A stretch of DNA of 64,000 bases, from NCBI GenBank assembly GCA_022711115.1, contig JAKLFP010000001.1, positions 325,183-389,182 of the forward strand, read 5' to 3'. Origin of the DNA: Candidatus Omnitrophota bacterium (GTDB taxonomy: Bacteria > Omnitrophota > Omnitrophia > Omnitrophales > Aquincolibacteriaceae). Shown piece after piece: positions 10,323-20,554 of this stretch; position 1 is the first letter of the stretch, and each line of letters begins with the position of its first letter. Below the pieces are notes generated by a model. That model made no database searches and was not told the DNA's origin. It saw only the letters and a program-made list of their open reading frames with translations. Both the position numbers and the translations under genes were made by a program.

Positions 10323-10916
10323 ATGTTGCGCAAAGTCCTCTATAAAAAATTTGAACCTCTGATTACAAAAGTGGTTTCTTTTCTCGCCGACCGTGGAATC
10401 TTGCCGTATCAATTATCGTTCGCCGGAGCCGCTTTAAGCCTTCTCACGGGAGTCATTTACGCGAAAGGCTATCTTTTCCTCGGCAGCATCTTCCTTCTTG
10501 CAGCCGGGCTGGGGGATCTCCTCGACGGTCCTTTGGCGAGACTCACGGGAAAAGCCAGCTCCTTCGGGGCGTTTTTTGATTCCACTATAGATCGTTATTC
10601 AGATTTTTTTATTTTCGGCGGGTTGGCGGCCTTTTTTGTATGGCAAGGGGAAGTGTTTTGGTTTTTCGTAACGCTCGGAATTATTCTTGGTACTTTTTTG
10701 GTCAGTTATACAAAAGCTCGTGCTGAGAATTTTATTAAAAATTGCGGGGTCGGCATTTTCGGAAGAGCCGAACGGATCCTCTTGCTGGCCGTGGCGACTT
10801 TTTTTTCACCGCTCCTGAAACTGGTGCTTTTAGTCCTTCTCATCGGCACGCACGCCACGGCGGTCCACCGGATCCTCCATACTCGAAAAACCCTCGAACA
10901 AACCCCGAATAGTTAA
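10323..10916 (+). CDS. CDP-alcohol phosphatidyltransferase family protein (candidate phosphatidylinositol-phosphate synthase)
   Basis: 197 aa membrane protein with the D-x2-D-G-x2-A-R ... G-x3-D-x3-D motif (GDLLDGPLAR ... FFDSTIDRYSD). Lies 10 nt after MIPS. Confidence 0.7.
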   Translation: MLRKVLYKKFEPLITKVVSFLADRGILPYQLSFAGAALSLLTGVIYAKGYLFLGSIFLLAAGLGDLLDGPLARLTGKASSFGAFFDSTIDRYSDFFIFGGLAAFFVWQGEVFWFFVTLGIILGTFLVSYTKARAENFIKNCGVGIFGRAERILLLAVATFFSPLLKLVLLVLLIGTHATAVHRILHTRKTLEQTPNS

Positions 10917-12152
10917 ATGGACCGCTTCGCGCGTTCCTTCCCCAGAATTTGCTCATTGCTTATTTGTTGTTCGTTTCTGTTTTCATTAACCGGTTACTCG
11001 TCCCCGGCCTCTAAAACCGAGTTGGAAGGTATCCTTCAAAAAGTCGAATCCCGGCATTACCGCTGGATCGCCATCCGCACATCCGTGCTTCTTTTCTTTG
11101 CCAATGCAGGAAACTCACGGGCGATGTGTGGCGGAGAACTTCTCTACCAGCGTCTGGATGAGCGCATGTTTCTCACCTGTGTGGACTCCCAAAAGAACCT
11201 GGTTTTTGCATTCCGAACCCTGGACCGCCGTTTTGATCTTTATCTCCCCGCCCAAAACACAATCTATTACGGGTCTATTTTTGACATGGAAGATTCTCCG
11301 GATATTGAAAGTCATCTTAAACCTCGGGATCTTTATCGTGCTTTGAAACCTATGGCGATTGATATGCGTCATACGGAAATTGAACGAAATAATGCGGTCG
11401 TTATCAGTTTGGATGTTTATGGTAAAAAAAATGACGGGGAATACTTGTTGAGAAAACTTTATTTAACGCCCGAAGGCGATGTGCGAGGAGAGCTTTATTT
11501 TAATATCACAGGCCGTCCTGTTACCGAGATCCAGCGTTTTGATTTCCAGGAAATCCCGGCGCGAGTAGGTTCTTTCCACTCCATCATCTTCCCCAAAAAG
11601 ATTACGATCCTCTCGCCGGAAACGAAAAAAGGAAGCGCCATTTTTTTCGCCAAGGTGCAGGCCATGGATTCCATCGACCCGCTTGAGTTCCTTTTGCGAG
11701 TTCCCGAAGGAACGAAAGAGGTTTTTTTGGATGAAAAGGATCCGAAGTTTTCCATGCGTTGGCTCACGAAAAGCGGAAAATCAGTTCTTACCAAAAAAGT
11801 GGTGGTTTCTTCTCAGGAAGAAAAAAGTCTACGCAAAGATTCAGCAGCTCCTGCAAAAACGGCTTCGCTTCCTTCCGAGAAATCCAGTGAAGAAAAACAA
11901 GTCCCTGACGACGCGGATGGAGTGATTGCAGGACAGTCTTCCCAAGACAAGGAAATTTTGACGACTACGCCAGAACCGATGGTAAAACCCCTGTCAGATG
12001 AAAACCCTAACACCTCTTTGGATCCATCCGTGGAGCCCTCCGCGGACCTAGAGCCATTACCAGAAGCTGAAGGACCTATCGTGCAATACCCCAAACAACC
12101 CCTCGAAGAAAACCAGGGAAAGCAAACAAAAACTGCATCAAAAAACTCATAG
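10917..12152 (+). CDS. secreted hypothetical protein with Pro/Glu/Ser-rich disordered C-terminal tail
   Basis: 411 aa. N-terminal signal peptide (LLICCSFLFSLTGYSS). The C-terminal ~110 aa are low-complexity. Starts at the stop codon of the phosphatidyltransferase. Confidence 0.5.
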   Translation: MDRFARSFPRICSLLICCSFLFSLTGYSSPASKTELEGILQKVESRHYRWIAIRTSVLLFFANAGNSRAMCGGELLYQRLDERMFLTCVDSQKNLVFAFRTLDRRFDLYLPAQNTIYYGSIFDMEDSPDIESHLKPRDLYRALKPMAIDMRHTEIERNNAVVISLDVYGKKNDGEYLLRKLYLTPEGDVRGELYFNITGRPVTEIQRFDFQEIPARVGSFHSIIFPKKITILSPETKKGSAIFFAKVQAMDSIDPLEFLLRVPEGTKEVFLDEKDPKFSMRWLTKSGKSVLTKKVVVSSQEEKSLRKDSAAPAKTASLPSEKSSEEKQVPDDADGVIAGQSSQDKEILTTTPEPMVKPLSDENPNTSLDPSVEPSADLEPLPEAEGPIVQYPKQPLEENQGKQTKTASKNS

Positions 12153-12239
12153 CTAAGATGACGATTTCTCGACTATACTATTTTAAAGAAATGCCGTTTA
12201 TTTGCTATGCTCAATGAACCGCCAAAAAGGAAAAATTTC

Positions 12240-13214
12240 ATGAAAACGATCGCTGACTACATGACAAAAACGCTTGTCACGATTGACTGTGAGAAATCCG
12301 TCCTTGATGCCCTAAAGTTGATGAAAGAAAAATCGGTTAGTGCCATTTTGGTCATGAAGGACAGCAACACAATCGGTATTTTTACAGAGCGGGATGTTCT
12401 TTTCAAAGTCGATTTTTCAAATCTCGAGCATTTGCCTTTTATAAAAATTAAAGAGTTAATGACCGGGAACCTGAAAATGGCTGATATTAACGCTTCTTAC
12501 ATCAATGTCATGGAAACCATGCAAAAAAACAAGATCCGGCACATGCCTGTGGTCGAGGACGGATTCGTTAAAGGGATGATCTCTTTACGGGATCTTATGA
12601 ACCACTATAACGAAAATATGGAAAATCTTTTAGAGCAAACGGTTGCCGCGTTATCCTCCGCGGTTGAGAAAAGAGACCAATATACTGCCGGCCACCAGGA
12701 ACGTGTGATGCAGCTGGCCTGCGCGATCGGGAAAGAACTCTTTCTCACTGAAAAGGAACTCGGCGGTCTTAGAATGGCCGCGGTCATTCATGACATCGGG
12801 AAACTTTTTATCCCCACGGATATTTTGACAAAACCAGGCAAGTTGATCGAAGAGGAAATGAACCTTATCAAAAAACATCCGGAAAAAGGCTACGAGATAT
12901 TAAAGGGCATCAACTTCCCTTGGCCGCTTGCCGAGATCGTTCTGCAGCACCATGAAAAAATTAACGGTTCGGGTTACCCTCAAGGTTTGAAAGATAACGA
13001 GATCATTTTTGAAGCAAAGATTATCTGCGTGGCAGACGTGATCGAGGCCATGGCGACCAATCGCCCTTACCGGCCCATGCTGGGAATGGATAAGGCCTTA
13101 CAGGAGATTGAAAAAAATAAAAACATCCTTTATGATGCCTCAGTCGTGGATGCGTGCGTCACTATTTTGAAACGTGATAAATTATTTTGGAAAACAGACG
13201 TAGTTCCCTCTTAA
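12240..13214 (+). CDS. CBS-domain-containing HD-GYP phosphodiesterase (c-di-GMP hydrolase family)
   Basis: Tandem CBS domains followed by HD...HHE...HDIGK...HHEKINGSGYP. Start set at the second ATG (12240), which has an AAGGA ribosome-binding site. The ORF track start at 12207 has none. Confidence 0.7.
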   Translation: MKTIADYMTKTLVTIDCEKSVLDALKLMKEKSVSAILVMKDSNTIGIFTERDVLFKVDFSNLEHLPFIKIKELMTGNLKMADINASYINVMETMQKNKIRHMPVVEDGFVKGMISLRDLMNHYNENMENLLEQTVAALSSAVEKRDQYTAGHQERVMQLACAIGKELFLTEKELGGLRMAAVIHDIGKLFIPTDILTKPGKLIEEEMNLIKKHPEKGYEILKGINFPWPLAEIVLQHHEKINGSGYPQGLKDNEIIFEAKIICVADVIEAMATNRPYRPMLGMDKALQEIEKNKNILYDASVVDACVTILKRDKLFWKTDVVPS

Positions 13215-13266
13215 AATATCCCGTTACGGGAGGCTGTTGCAAAACCATCTCAATATCCTTTTCATA

Positions 13267-13695
13267 TCAAGACGGGCGGATGGCTACAAGTTGTTTGTCG
13301 CGGCTTTGCCATAACCGGTAATGCTTTATGTGCGATTCGCCTGCCTGCCATGAAAAATAGACTCTTTTCCCCTCGTGCAACCCGAGAAATTCCACCTGCC
13401 CTTTTTCTATATTGCGAAGAATGCACCCCATAGAAAAAACCGCTTCAACATCTTGGGCCAGTTCTTCGATAGCTTCTTCAAGGGCATGGATCCCAGCTTC
13501 CAGGCCGTCATTTTCTTCCCAAAGACCGTTGGATTGTTCGGCGGTGCAGACGAGTTCATGCACAAATAAACCATCATGCGCACGGCTATAGGCTTCTTTT
13601 TTATTTTGAAGAAGCTTTAATCGTTTTTCAAGGCTTGGCAATAAGGCTTCGGCTTCTTCCAGAGTAAAAACCCGTTTCTTTTTTGACTGGGTCAA
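13267..13695 (-). CDS. hypothetical protein, 142 aa
   Basis: ORF with no motif I can assign. Downstream partner of the ATP-grasp-like gene. Confidence 0.4.
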   Translation of the reverse strand: MTQSKKKRVFTLEEAEALLPSLEKRLKLLQNKKEAYSRAHDGLFVHELVCTAEQSNGLWEENDGLEAGIHALEEAIEELAQDVEAVFSMGCILRNIEKGQVEFLGLHEGKRVYFSWQAGESHIKHYRLWQSRDKQLVAIRPS

Positions 13696-13757
13696 GACTT
13701 TTCCTCCTTTTTTTCAAAAGCTTGAGGGGAATAAACTACACCCGGGGAATGCTTGCT

Positions 13758-15161
13758 TCAAGCTCCAAAATTGTCAGGCGCGCTATCCGACCAAATCGCA
13801 GGCATCAGTCCGCCTCCGGAAGCGACATTGACCACGCTTTCATCGCTCAGACGCACAAACCCGCCCGTGTACTTTCCGCCAGAAACTAGCATATTAAAAT
13901 TGAACTTTTTATACGAGAAATCAAGTTTTAGATTTACGATTTCCGGTACGGTCATGACCGGAACGGAGACATGTTCCTGGATAACCCAATCCTCTTCCTT
14001 AAGAACCTTATCGACAGCCGCATTCCAATCGCTATCCGGCGATTCCCGTCCGATATGCACGCGACGGGCCCCGTGACTTGAGCCGTTTGGTTTGAGAACG
14101 AGCGTTTCCTTTTCGTCTTTCAGAAAATCAATGATAAATGCTTTTCGGTGGCCGTAAAAATCTTCCGCATCCGAAAGGCAGCGCGTCCATGGCAAGTGCT
14201 GCTGCTTTATCATATTCTCATTTTCGGAAAAGAACCGATCGCATTCCGGCGTCGTCAAAAGCGAAAAGATCGATTTGTTGCTGGCTAGCCTGGAACGCAA
14301 CGGGTTCGCCATACAAACAGCTTTATCTTTATAAGCCCGCAGGAGATCTTGGACTTCGTCAAGACGCTCGAGAAGCTCGTCAAAAACCACGCGTCTGTAA
14401 ATCAATTGCACACGGAACCCCTTGTGATAAAGCCTTCCACCTTTGTATTGTAATTCCCTTGGATCCGCAATGGTGGTTTTATAACCTTTGGATTCAAAAT
14501 AACTTTTCATATATTCAAATTCCGCCGAAGTCCGCGCGTGACGCCAGTCCACAATGGCAATCTGAGGCGTTTCATAACCCCCAAACTCTTCGTAAACGGA
14601 AAGCAGGGTGCTCAGAATACTTTGAACCCGTTCACTGGCGGCAAGATGGTGTTCTTCCGCAAAGGGCCAAATCAGCTCTTCTGAGAGAAAAGCAGCTTCA
14701 AGTTGATCGGTATAGGCTGCACCGGCCGGGGCGTCGCTGTTGAATTCCAGTATTTTCAAACTTTCCCCTTCCAGAATTGCATCAAAGCGGTTAAAAACAA
14801 CGCATTGTGAGTAGCCTGGATCGATCTTTACGAGTTCTTCCGCCTCAGGCGATAGTCGGAAATGGGACTTGAGCTGTGGTTCTTCAAAATAAAGACGGGT
14901 GGTGGTATTGATGATCTGTGAAAAAGCCGAGGAGACTCGTTTTAAAAGATGATTTTGTTTCGGTGTCGTAAAATATCCTTTATAGAAACCTGGCACCGTG
15001 AAACGACCGTACGCAAAAGTGGGATTCTTGAGTTTTGTGTTGAATTGCTGAATTGCCGGAACGGCCCGAGCCTCTTGGACTCTCAAGTATTGATCAAATG
15101 CATAATCCAGATTTGCGGTCATCGGACACCCAAACTTCTGTTTTCTTTTTTTTGAAAACAA
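13758..15161 (-). CDS. circularly permuted ATP-grasp (type 2) / glutathionylspermidine-synthase-like amidoligase, putative
   Basis: 467 aa. The ATP-grasp Mg-binding E-x-N motif (ILEFNSDAPAGAAY) sits in the N-terminal third instead of the C-terminus. NVASGGG lies near the C-terminus. The real start may be the internal MTANLDYA. Confidence 0.4.
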   Translation of the reverse strand: MFSKKRKQKFGCPMTANLDYAFDQYLRVQEARAVPAIQQFNTKLKNPTFAYGRFTVPGFYKGYFTTPKQNHLLKRVSSAFSQIINTTTRLYFEEPQLKSHFRLSPEAEELVKIDPGYSQCVVFNRFDAILEGESLKILEFNSDAPAGAAYTDQLEAAFLSEELIWPFAEEHHLAASERVQSILSTLLSVYEEFGGYETPQIAIVDWRHARTSAEFEYMKSYFESKGYKTTIADPRELQYKGGRLYHKGFRVQLIYRRVVFDELLERLDEVQDLLRAYKDKAVCMANPLRSRLASNKSIFSLLTTPECDRFFSENENMIKQQHLPWTRCLSDAEDFYGHRKAFIIDFLKDEKETLVLKPNGSSHGARRVHIGRESPDSDWNAAVDKVLKEEDWVIQEHVSVPVMTVPEIVNLKLDFSYKKFNFNMLVSGGKYTGGFVRLSDESVVNVASGGGLMPAIWSDSAPDNFGA

Positions 15162-15251
15162 TTTGGGCTTCCCTGACCATCCTCTGTTTTAAATTTATAA
15201 GAATCAGGATTGCCCTGTTTGTCGTTCTTAAACGGCAAGAATCTCGCGCAA

Positions 15252-16403
15252 TTATTTGCGCTGTTCAAAAGGGATGTAATACTGCTCTTGAGGACCGATA
15301 TACTCCGCCATCGGACGAATAAGACGGTTATCAAGCTGCTGTTCGATAATGTGAGCACTCCAACCCGCAATGCGGCTCGCGGCAAAAACCGTCGTAAAAA
15401 AGTCCGGTGGAAAACCCAGTACATAAAGCACGGGTGCCGAAAAAAAGTCTACATTGCACGGAATTTTTTTCCTTTCCCACATGACTTTTTCAACCTCGTC
15501 CGCGATCTCAAGCCATGTAGTCTTCCCGGCTTTGACGCAAAGGTCTTTGGCAATAGCGCGGAAGGCCTCGGCTCGCGGATCTCTGGTTTTATAGATCCGG
15601 TGCCCGAAACCCATTACCTTTTTTTTCTCATCCAAAAGTTTATTTACATACGCCGCCGCCTTCTCAGGAGAGCCAATCTCGAGGATCATTTCCATGGCGT
15701 ATTGGTTCGCGGCGCCATGAAGCTCTCCGCTTAGCGTCCCCACAGCGGACGTTGCCGCGGAGTATAAATTCGACAAAGTTCCGGTGGTAACACGCGCGGC
15801 AAAAGTGGAGGCATTAAGACCATGATCCGCTAAAAGAATCAGATAGGCATCCAGCGCCTTTTCCATTTCCGGAGTTGGTTTGACGCCGTTCATCATATAT
15901 AAGAAATTGGCGGCATGGGAAAGATCGGGATCAGGTTGAATAGGTTTTTCCCCCTCCCGGAGTCTATGAAAGGCCGCAATGATTGTCGGAAAGATCCCGG
16001 TCAAATGATATGCCTTTCGCTGGGACTCTTCAGGATTCACGATATGAGCGCGCGGGTCGAGGGATCCCATCAGTGAACACATGGTCCTTAAAGCGCTCAT
16101 CGGATGGGTGGTTGTTGGAATAAGTTTTAAAATGCGAAGTGCCAGATCGGATAAAGGCCTTTGGGCTTTAAGTGTGCTTCTAAAGGTTTCGAGTTCTTCG
16201 GCTGTCGGAAGTTTTTTGAACCAAAGCAGATAGGTGACTTCTTCGAAATTAGATTTTTCGACAAGTTCACCGATCATCATGCCGCGATAAAGCAATCGGC
16301 CATTCGCTCCGTCGACATCGCTAAGCGAAGTTTGGGCCGCAACCACCCCTTCTAATCCCTTGATTAGTCTTGAAGCGCTTGTTGGTTCTTTTGAATGTGG
16401 CAT
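15252..16403 (-). CDS. gltA: citrate synthase
   Basis: 383 aa with the catalytic His/Asp context (GFGHRIYKTRDPRA, HGAANQ). Confidence 0.85.
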   Translation of the reverse strand: MPHSKEPTSASRLIKGLEGVVAAQTSLSDVDGANGRLLYRGMMIGELVEKSNFEEVTYLLWFKKLPTAEELETFRSTLKAQRPLSDLALRILKLIPTTTHPMSALRTMCSLMGSLDPRAHIVNPEESQRKAYHLTGIFPTIIAAFHRLREGEKPIQPDPDLSHAANFLYMMNGVKPTPEMEKALDAYLILLADHGLNASTFAARVTTGTLSNLYSAATSAVGTLSGELHGAANQYAMEMILEIGSPEKAAAYVNKLLDEKKKVMGFGHRIYKTRDPRAEAFRAIAKDLCVKAGKTTWLEIADEVEKVMWERKKIPCNVDFFSAPVLYVLGFPPDFFTTVFAASRIAGWSAHIIEQQLDNRLIRPMAEYIGPQEQYYIPFEQRK

Positions 16404-16521
16404 GTGAATTTTATCCCAGGTTTATTTTTTTGAATTGAATGACGGTATTATACCTAAAGCTTTGAATTTAGGAAATGGAGAATGAAAAACTTTTCGCTCT
16501 ACTTCCGAAGGAATCCCTCTT

Positions 16522-19212
16522 TCATTTTAAAAGCTGCCGCAGTACATACTGTAAAATACCGCCATGGCGATAATATTCTAACTCGATAGGGGTATCAATC
16601 CTGCAAACCGCTTCGAAGAATCTCTCTTTGTCATCTTTCATGACCCTGCACTTAAGGATCTTTCCCGGCTTAAGATCTTTGGCGATTCCCTGAATGGTAT
16701 AAACTTCTTCGCCGGTTAATTTAAAGCTTGCCGCATTCTGTCCCTGAAAAAACTGAAGCGGCAAAATCCCCATGCCGATCAAATTACTTCGATGAATCCT
16801 TTCGTAACTTTCCGCAATCACAGCCTTGACGCCCAAAAGCGCCGGGCCTTTGGCCGCCCAATCCCGCGAGGATCCCGAACCGTATTCTTTCCCCGCAAGA
16901 ATGATGAGGGGTTGTTTGCTCTCCTGATATTTCATCGCCGCCTCAAAAATCGACATTTCGACAGCTTTCCCTTTATCGGGGAAATATTTGGTCACGCCCC
17001 CTTCCACTCCGGGCACTAGAAGATTCTTCAGCCGTATGTTCGCGAATGTGCCGCGCATCATGACTTCATGATTTCCGCGACGAGCGCCGTAAGAGTTAAA
17101 ATCCTTTGGCTCGATTCCGTGCTCGATTAAATATTTTCCGGCAGGACTGGAAGGTGCGATCGATCCCGCAGGCGAAATATGATCCGTGGTGATGGAATCT
17201 CCAAGGAGCGCAAGAACACGGGCATTTTTGATGTCTTTAAGTTCGGAAGGAACATCAGACATCTTTTTAAAATAAGGAGGTTGTTTCACATAATTTGAAT
17301 TCTTGTCCCAGACAAAAGTGTCCCCTCCCGGCGAGGAAAGCGCGCGCCATGCGTCATTTCCTTCAAAAACATTTTTATAGCGGTTGCGGAACATACTCGC
17401 ATCCACGCTTTTTAAAGCCTCTTTGATTTCGGCGGAACTCGGCCAAAGGTCCTTTAAATAAACAGGCTTTCCGTTTTTATCTTTTCCCAACGGTTCTGTT
17501 TCAAGGCCGATTTTGACATTGCCGGCGATGGCGTAAGCGACGACAAGCGGCGGAGAAGCAAGATAATTCGCACGAATCTGAGCGTGAATACGTCCTTCAA
17601 AGTTGCGATTCCCCGAAAGCACGGATGCAACTACAAGATCGTTTTCTTTGATCACCTTGCCGATAGGATCCGGCAGCGGCCCGGAGTTCCCGATGCAAGT
17701 CATGCAACCGTATCCCACAAGATTGAATTTAAGCTCCTCAAGATAAAATAAAAGCCCGCTGGCCTTTAAATAGTCGGTCACGACTTGAGAACCCGGCGCC
17801 AGACTTGTTTTCACCCACGGTTTTACTTTCAAACCTTTTTGAACAGCCTTTTTGGCAAGAACCCCAGCGGCAAGCATCACGGAAGGACTGGATGTGTTGG
17901 TACAACTCGTAATCGAAGCTATCACCACAGAACCCTGTTCCATTTCGCATTTTTCACCAGCCATTTCACATGCAACCTTGGCGGAAAGGGCTGGCTTAGC
18001 CTTGACCATTTCTACAAGTGCTTTTTCAAAAGAAACTTTGACTTCCTTGAGCGTCACACGATCCTGCGGCCGCTTAGGACCCGCCATGCTCGGGACAACA
18101 TCCGCCAGATTCAATTCCACAACATCCGAATAAACAACAGTCTCCGTTGTTCCTTCCCTGAAAAGCCCTTGTTGCTTCAAATAGGTTTCGGCGAGTTTGA
18201 TCTGTTCTTCGCTCCGTCCCGTCAGTCGAAGGAAAGAAAGCGTTTCTTGATCCACCGGAAAAAATCCGGCCGTTGCCCCATATTCCGGCGCCATATTCGC
18301 TACGACCGCGCGATCCGCAAGCGAAAGCTCGGCAATGCCTGGCCCAAAAAATTCCACGATTTTACCGACGACACCTTTTTTGCGAAGCATTTGCGTCACA
18401 GTCAGCACCAGATCCGTGGCTGTCACACCTTCTAAAAGTTTTCCGCTCATTTTAAAACCCACCACCTCGGGGATCAGCATGGAGATCGGCTGTCCCAGCA
18501 TCGCAGCCTCGGCTTCGATGCCGCCCACGCCCCAGCCCAGAACGCCGAGTCCGTTAATCATGGTGGTGTGCGAATCGGTTCCAACCAAGGTGTCGGGATA
18601 AAGAAAGGTTTTGGTTCCTTCTTTTTTGCTGAAGATCAAGGGCGAAAGGTATTCCAGATTCACTTGGTGAATGATGCCTGTTGCGGGAGGAACGACCCGA
18701 AAATTTCGAAAGGCCTGTTGGCCCCACTTAAGGAATTGATAGCGCTCCTGGTTCCGTTCAAATTCTTTTTCGATGTTCTTCGTAAAAGCCTCGGGAGTTC
18801 CAAAGAAATCTGTTTGGACTGAATGGTCAATCACGAGATCCACAGGCTGCAGCGGATTGATCCTTTTAGGATCCCCGCCCATTTTCACCATCGCTTCCCG
18901 CATCGCCGCAAGATCCACAACCGCCGGAACGCCCGTAAAATCCTGCAAAAGAACACGTGCCGGGGTGAAAGCGATCTCCTGCTCGCTTTTTTTCTTGGGA
19001 TCCCAATTGGCAAGATTTTCAATGTCTTGACGGGTCACGCTTTTACCGTCTTCGTTGCGTAACAGATTCTCAAGAAGCACGCGAATCGAGTAAGGAAGAC
19101 GCAAAACCTTCGCGATCCCGCATTCCTGAAGCGCTTTCAGGCGGTAAATCGTGTAATCTTTCCCGGCGATTTTGAGGGTTACCTTACTTCCAAAGCTATT
19201 TAAAAGACTCAT
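16522..19212 (-). CDS. acnA: aconitate hydratase A
   Basis: 896 aa. Aconitase family Fe-S ligand motifs ([15 protein letters not shown]) and swivel domain. Confidence 0.9.
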   Translation of the reverse strand: MSLLNSFGSKVTLKIAGKDYTIYRLKALQECGIAKVLRLPYSIRVLLENLLRNEDGKSVTRQDIENLANWDPKKKSEQEIAFTPARVLLQDFTGVPAVVDLAAMREAMVKMGGDPKRINPLQPVDLVIDHSVQTDFFGTPEAFTKNIEKEFERNQERYQFLKWGQQAFRNFRVVPPATGIIHQVNLEYLSPLIFSKKEGTKTFLYPDTLVGTDSHTTMINGLGVLGWGVGGIEAEAAMLGQPISMLIPEVVGFKMSGKLLEGVTATDLVLTVTQMLRKKGVVGKIVEFFGPGIAELSLADRAVVANMAPEYGATAGFFPVDQETLSFLRLTGRSEEQIKLAETYLKQQGLFREGTTETVVYSDVVELNLADVVPSMAGPKRPQDRVTLKEVKVSFEKALVEMVKAKPALSAKVACEMAGEKCEMEQGSVVIASITSCTNTSSPSVMLAAGVLAKKAVQKGLKVKPWVKTSLAPGSQVVTDYLKASGLLFYLEELKFNLVGYGCMTCIGNSGPLPDPIGKVIKENDLVVASVLSGNRNFEGRIHAQIRANYLASPPLVVAYAIAGNVKIGLETEPLGKDKNGKPVYLKDLWPSSAEIKEALKSVDASMFRNRYKNVFEGNDAWRALSSPGGDTFVWDKNSNYVKQPPYFKKMSDVPSELKDIKNARVLALLGDSITTDHISPAGSIAPSSPAGKYLIEHGIEPKDFNSYGARRGNHEVMMRGTFANIRLKNLLVPGVEGGVTKYFPDKGKAVEMSIFEAAMKYQESKQPLIILAGKEYGSGSSRDWAAKGPALLGVKAVIAESYERIHRSNLIGMGILPLQFFQGQNAASFKLTGEEVYTIQGIAKDLKPGKILKCRVMKDDKERFFEAVCRIDTPIELEYYRHGGILQYVLRQLLK

Positions 19213-19619
19213 TAGAAAACACCTTTCGCATTAAGAAAAGGCCCGTATTTTTTGTCTAAATTCATCACATGGTCTGAAAGCCAATGCGTCATCAGTTTGA
19301 TCAAATCACTCGCAAGCGTTTCTTTCTTTTTATGAAGGTCTTCCTGAAATTGTAAGACCTTCTTCCGGAAATCATCGTGCTCTTTTTTATGCTCTATGTA
19401 TTCCGGAAACTGGTACCGTCGCATAAGATTTTCTTCTGTCTCAAAATGATATTCCGCGTAAGCGATGAGCTCTTGAATAATCTCCGCAAGGATGCTTACA
19501 GAACGATTTTGCTCAACTGCTTCAAAAAGGACATCCAGCAACACAGCAATCTTTTGATGCTGCAAATCAATTTCCGCGATATTCACGCTATAGGTTTGAT
19601 CCCAAATAATATCTAACAT
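19212..19619 (-). CDS. hemerythrin-like (bacteriohemerythrin) protein
   Basis: 135 aa with the H...HFxxEE...H...EH...HW spacing of hemerythrin iron ligands. Embedded in the TCA operon with 1-3 nt gene junctions. Confidence 0.65.
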   Translation of the reverse strand: MLDIIWDQTYSVNIAEIDLQHQKIAVLLDVLFEAVEQNRSVSILAEIIQELIAYAEYHFETEENLMRRYQFPEYIEHKKEHDDFRKKVLQFQEDLHKKKETLASDLIKLMTHWLSDHVMNLDKKYGPFLNAKGVF

Positions 19620-19622
19620 AAA

Positions 19623-20552
19623 TCAAATTGTAAGTTTAAAGAAATTCTGCCGAACATCTTCTGCGGACGCATGAAGGGCTTTGCGCTCGGCTTCAGTTAA
19701 AGTAATTTCGACGATTTCTTGAACTCCTTCGCGGCCGAGCTTAGCCGGCACACCGCAATAAACGTCTTTTAACCCGTACTGCCCTTGAAGGTAAACACAA
19801 GACGGTATTGTTTCTCGTGTATCTTTCAGAATGGCACGAACCATTCTGACTGCCGAAGAAGACGGCGCATAATAGGCGCTCCCCGTTTTAAGCAGCTTCA
19901 CAATCTCCGCGCCGCCATCCCGTGTGCGTTGGTTAATTTGTGCGATTCTTTCCGGAGTTAAAAGTTGAGTGATGGGTTTACCATGAACCAAAGTATAATC
20001 CGGCACCGGCACCATCTGATCGCCATGCCCGCCAAGCACAGTGGCCTTTACATCGTTGGGCTTGCATTTTAATTCTTCGGACAAAAAATAAGCATAACGT
20101 GCGGAATCAAGTTCTCCTGCCATGCCAATCACCCGTTCGGCCGGAAATCCGGATTTTTTGCAAGCAAGCCAAGTCATGACATCCAAAGGATTGGTGACCA
20201 TCACAATAATCGCACGGGGAGAATATTGGGCACATTCCGTGACGATCCCACCCACGATCTCCGTGTTTTTAAACAAAAGATCATCGCGGCTCATGCCAGG
20301 CTTTCTGGCAAAACCTGCCGTAATGACGATCACATGGGAATCTGCCGTGTCCTGATAACGATTGGTTCCAATCATGCTTGAGGAAAATCCCTCAACAGCC
20401 GCAGATTGCATGATATCAAGCGCTTTGCCTTGAGGCAGTCCTTCCACGATATCGACAAGCACCACATCTGCAAGATCCTTTTCCACGATCCGCTGTGCGG
20501 CGGTGGCTCCGACAAATCCAGCTCCGACAACTGTTACTTTGGCTTTTCCCAT
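19623..20552 (-). CDS. mdh: malate dehydrogenase (LDH-like family)
   Basis: 309 aa. KVTVVGAGFVGAT Rossmann motif and LDH/MDH catalytic His region. Confidence 0.9.
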   Translation of the reverse strand: MGKAKVTVVGAGFVGATAAQRIVEKDLADVVLVDIVEGLPQGKALDIMQSAAVEGFSSSMIGTNRYQDTADSHVIVITAGFARKPGMSRDDLLFKNTEIVGGIVTECAQYSPRAIIVMVTNPLDVMTWLACKKSGFPAERVIGMAGELDSARYAYFLSEELKCKPNDVKATVLGGHGDQMVPVPDYTLVHGKPITQLLTPERIAQINQRTRDGGAEIVKLLKTGSAYYAPSSSAVRMVRAILKDTRETIPSCVYLQGQYGLKDVYCGVPAKLGREGVQEIVEITLTEAERKALHASAEDVRQNFFKLTI

Positions 20553-20554
20553 GA

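Noticed and set aside
9916-10412. Minus-strand ORFs of 117 and 94 aa
   Set aside because: Antisense to the myo-inositol-1-phosphate synthase gene.
17785-19062. Cluster of 60-216 aa plus-strand ORFs (17785..18435, 18335..18601, 18568..18822, 18773..19030 and others)
   Set aside because: All lie antisense within the 896 aa aconitase gene. Their composition is Arg/His/Cys-rich junk typical of antisense frames of GC-skewed codons, and none has a ribosome-binding site.
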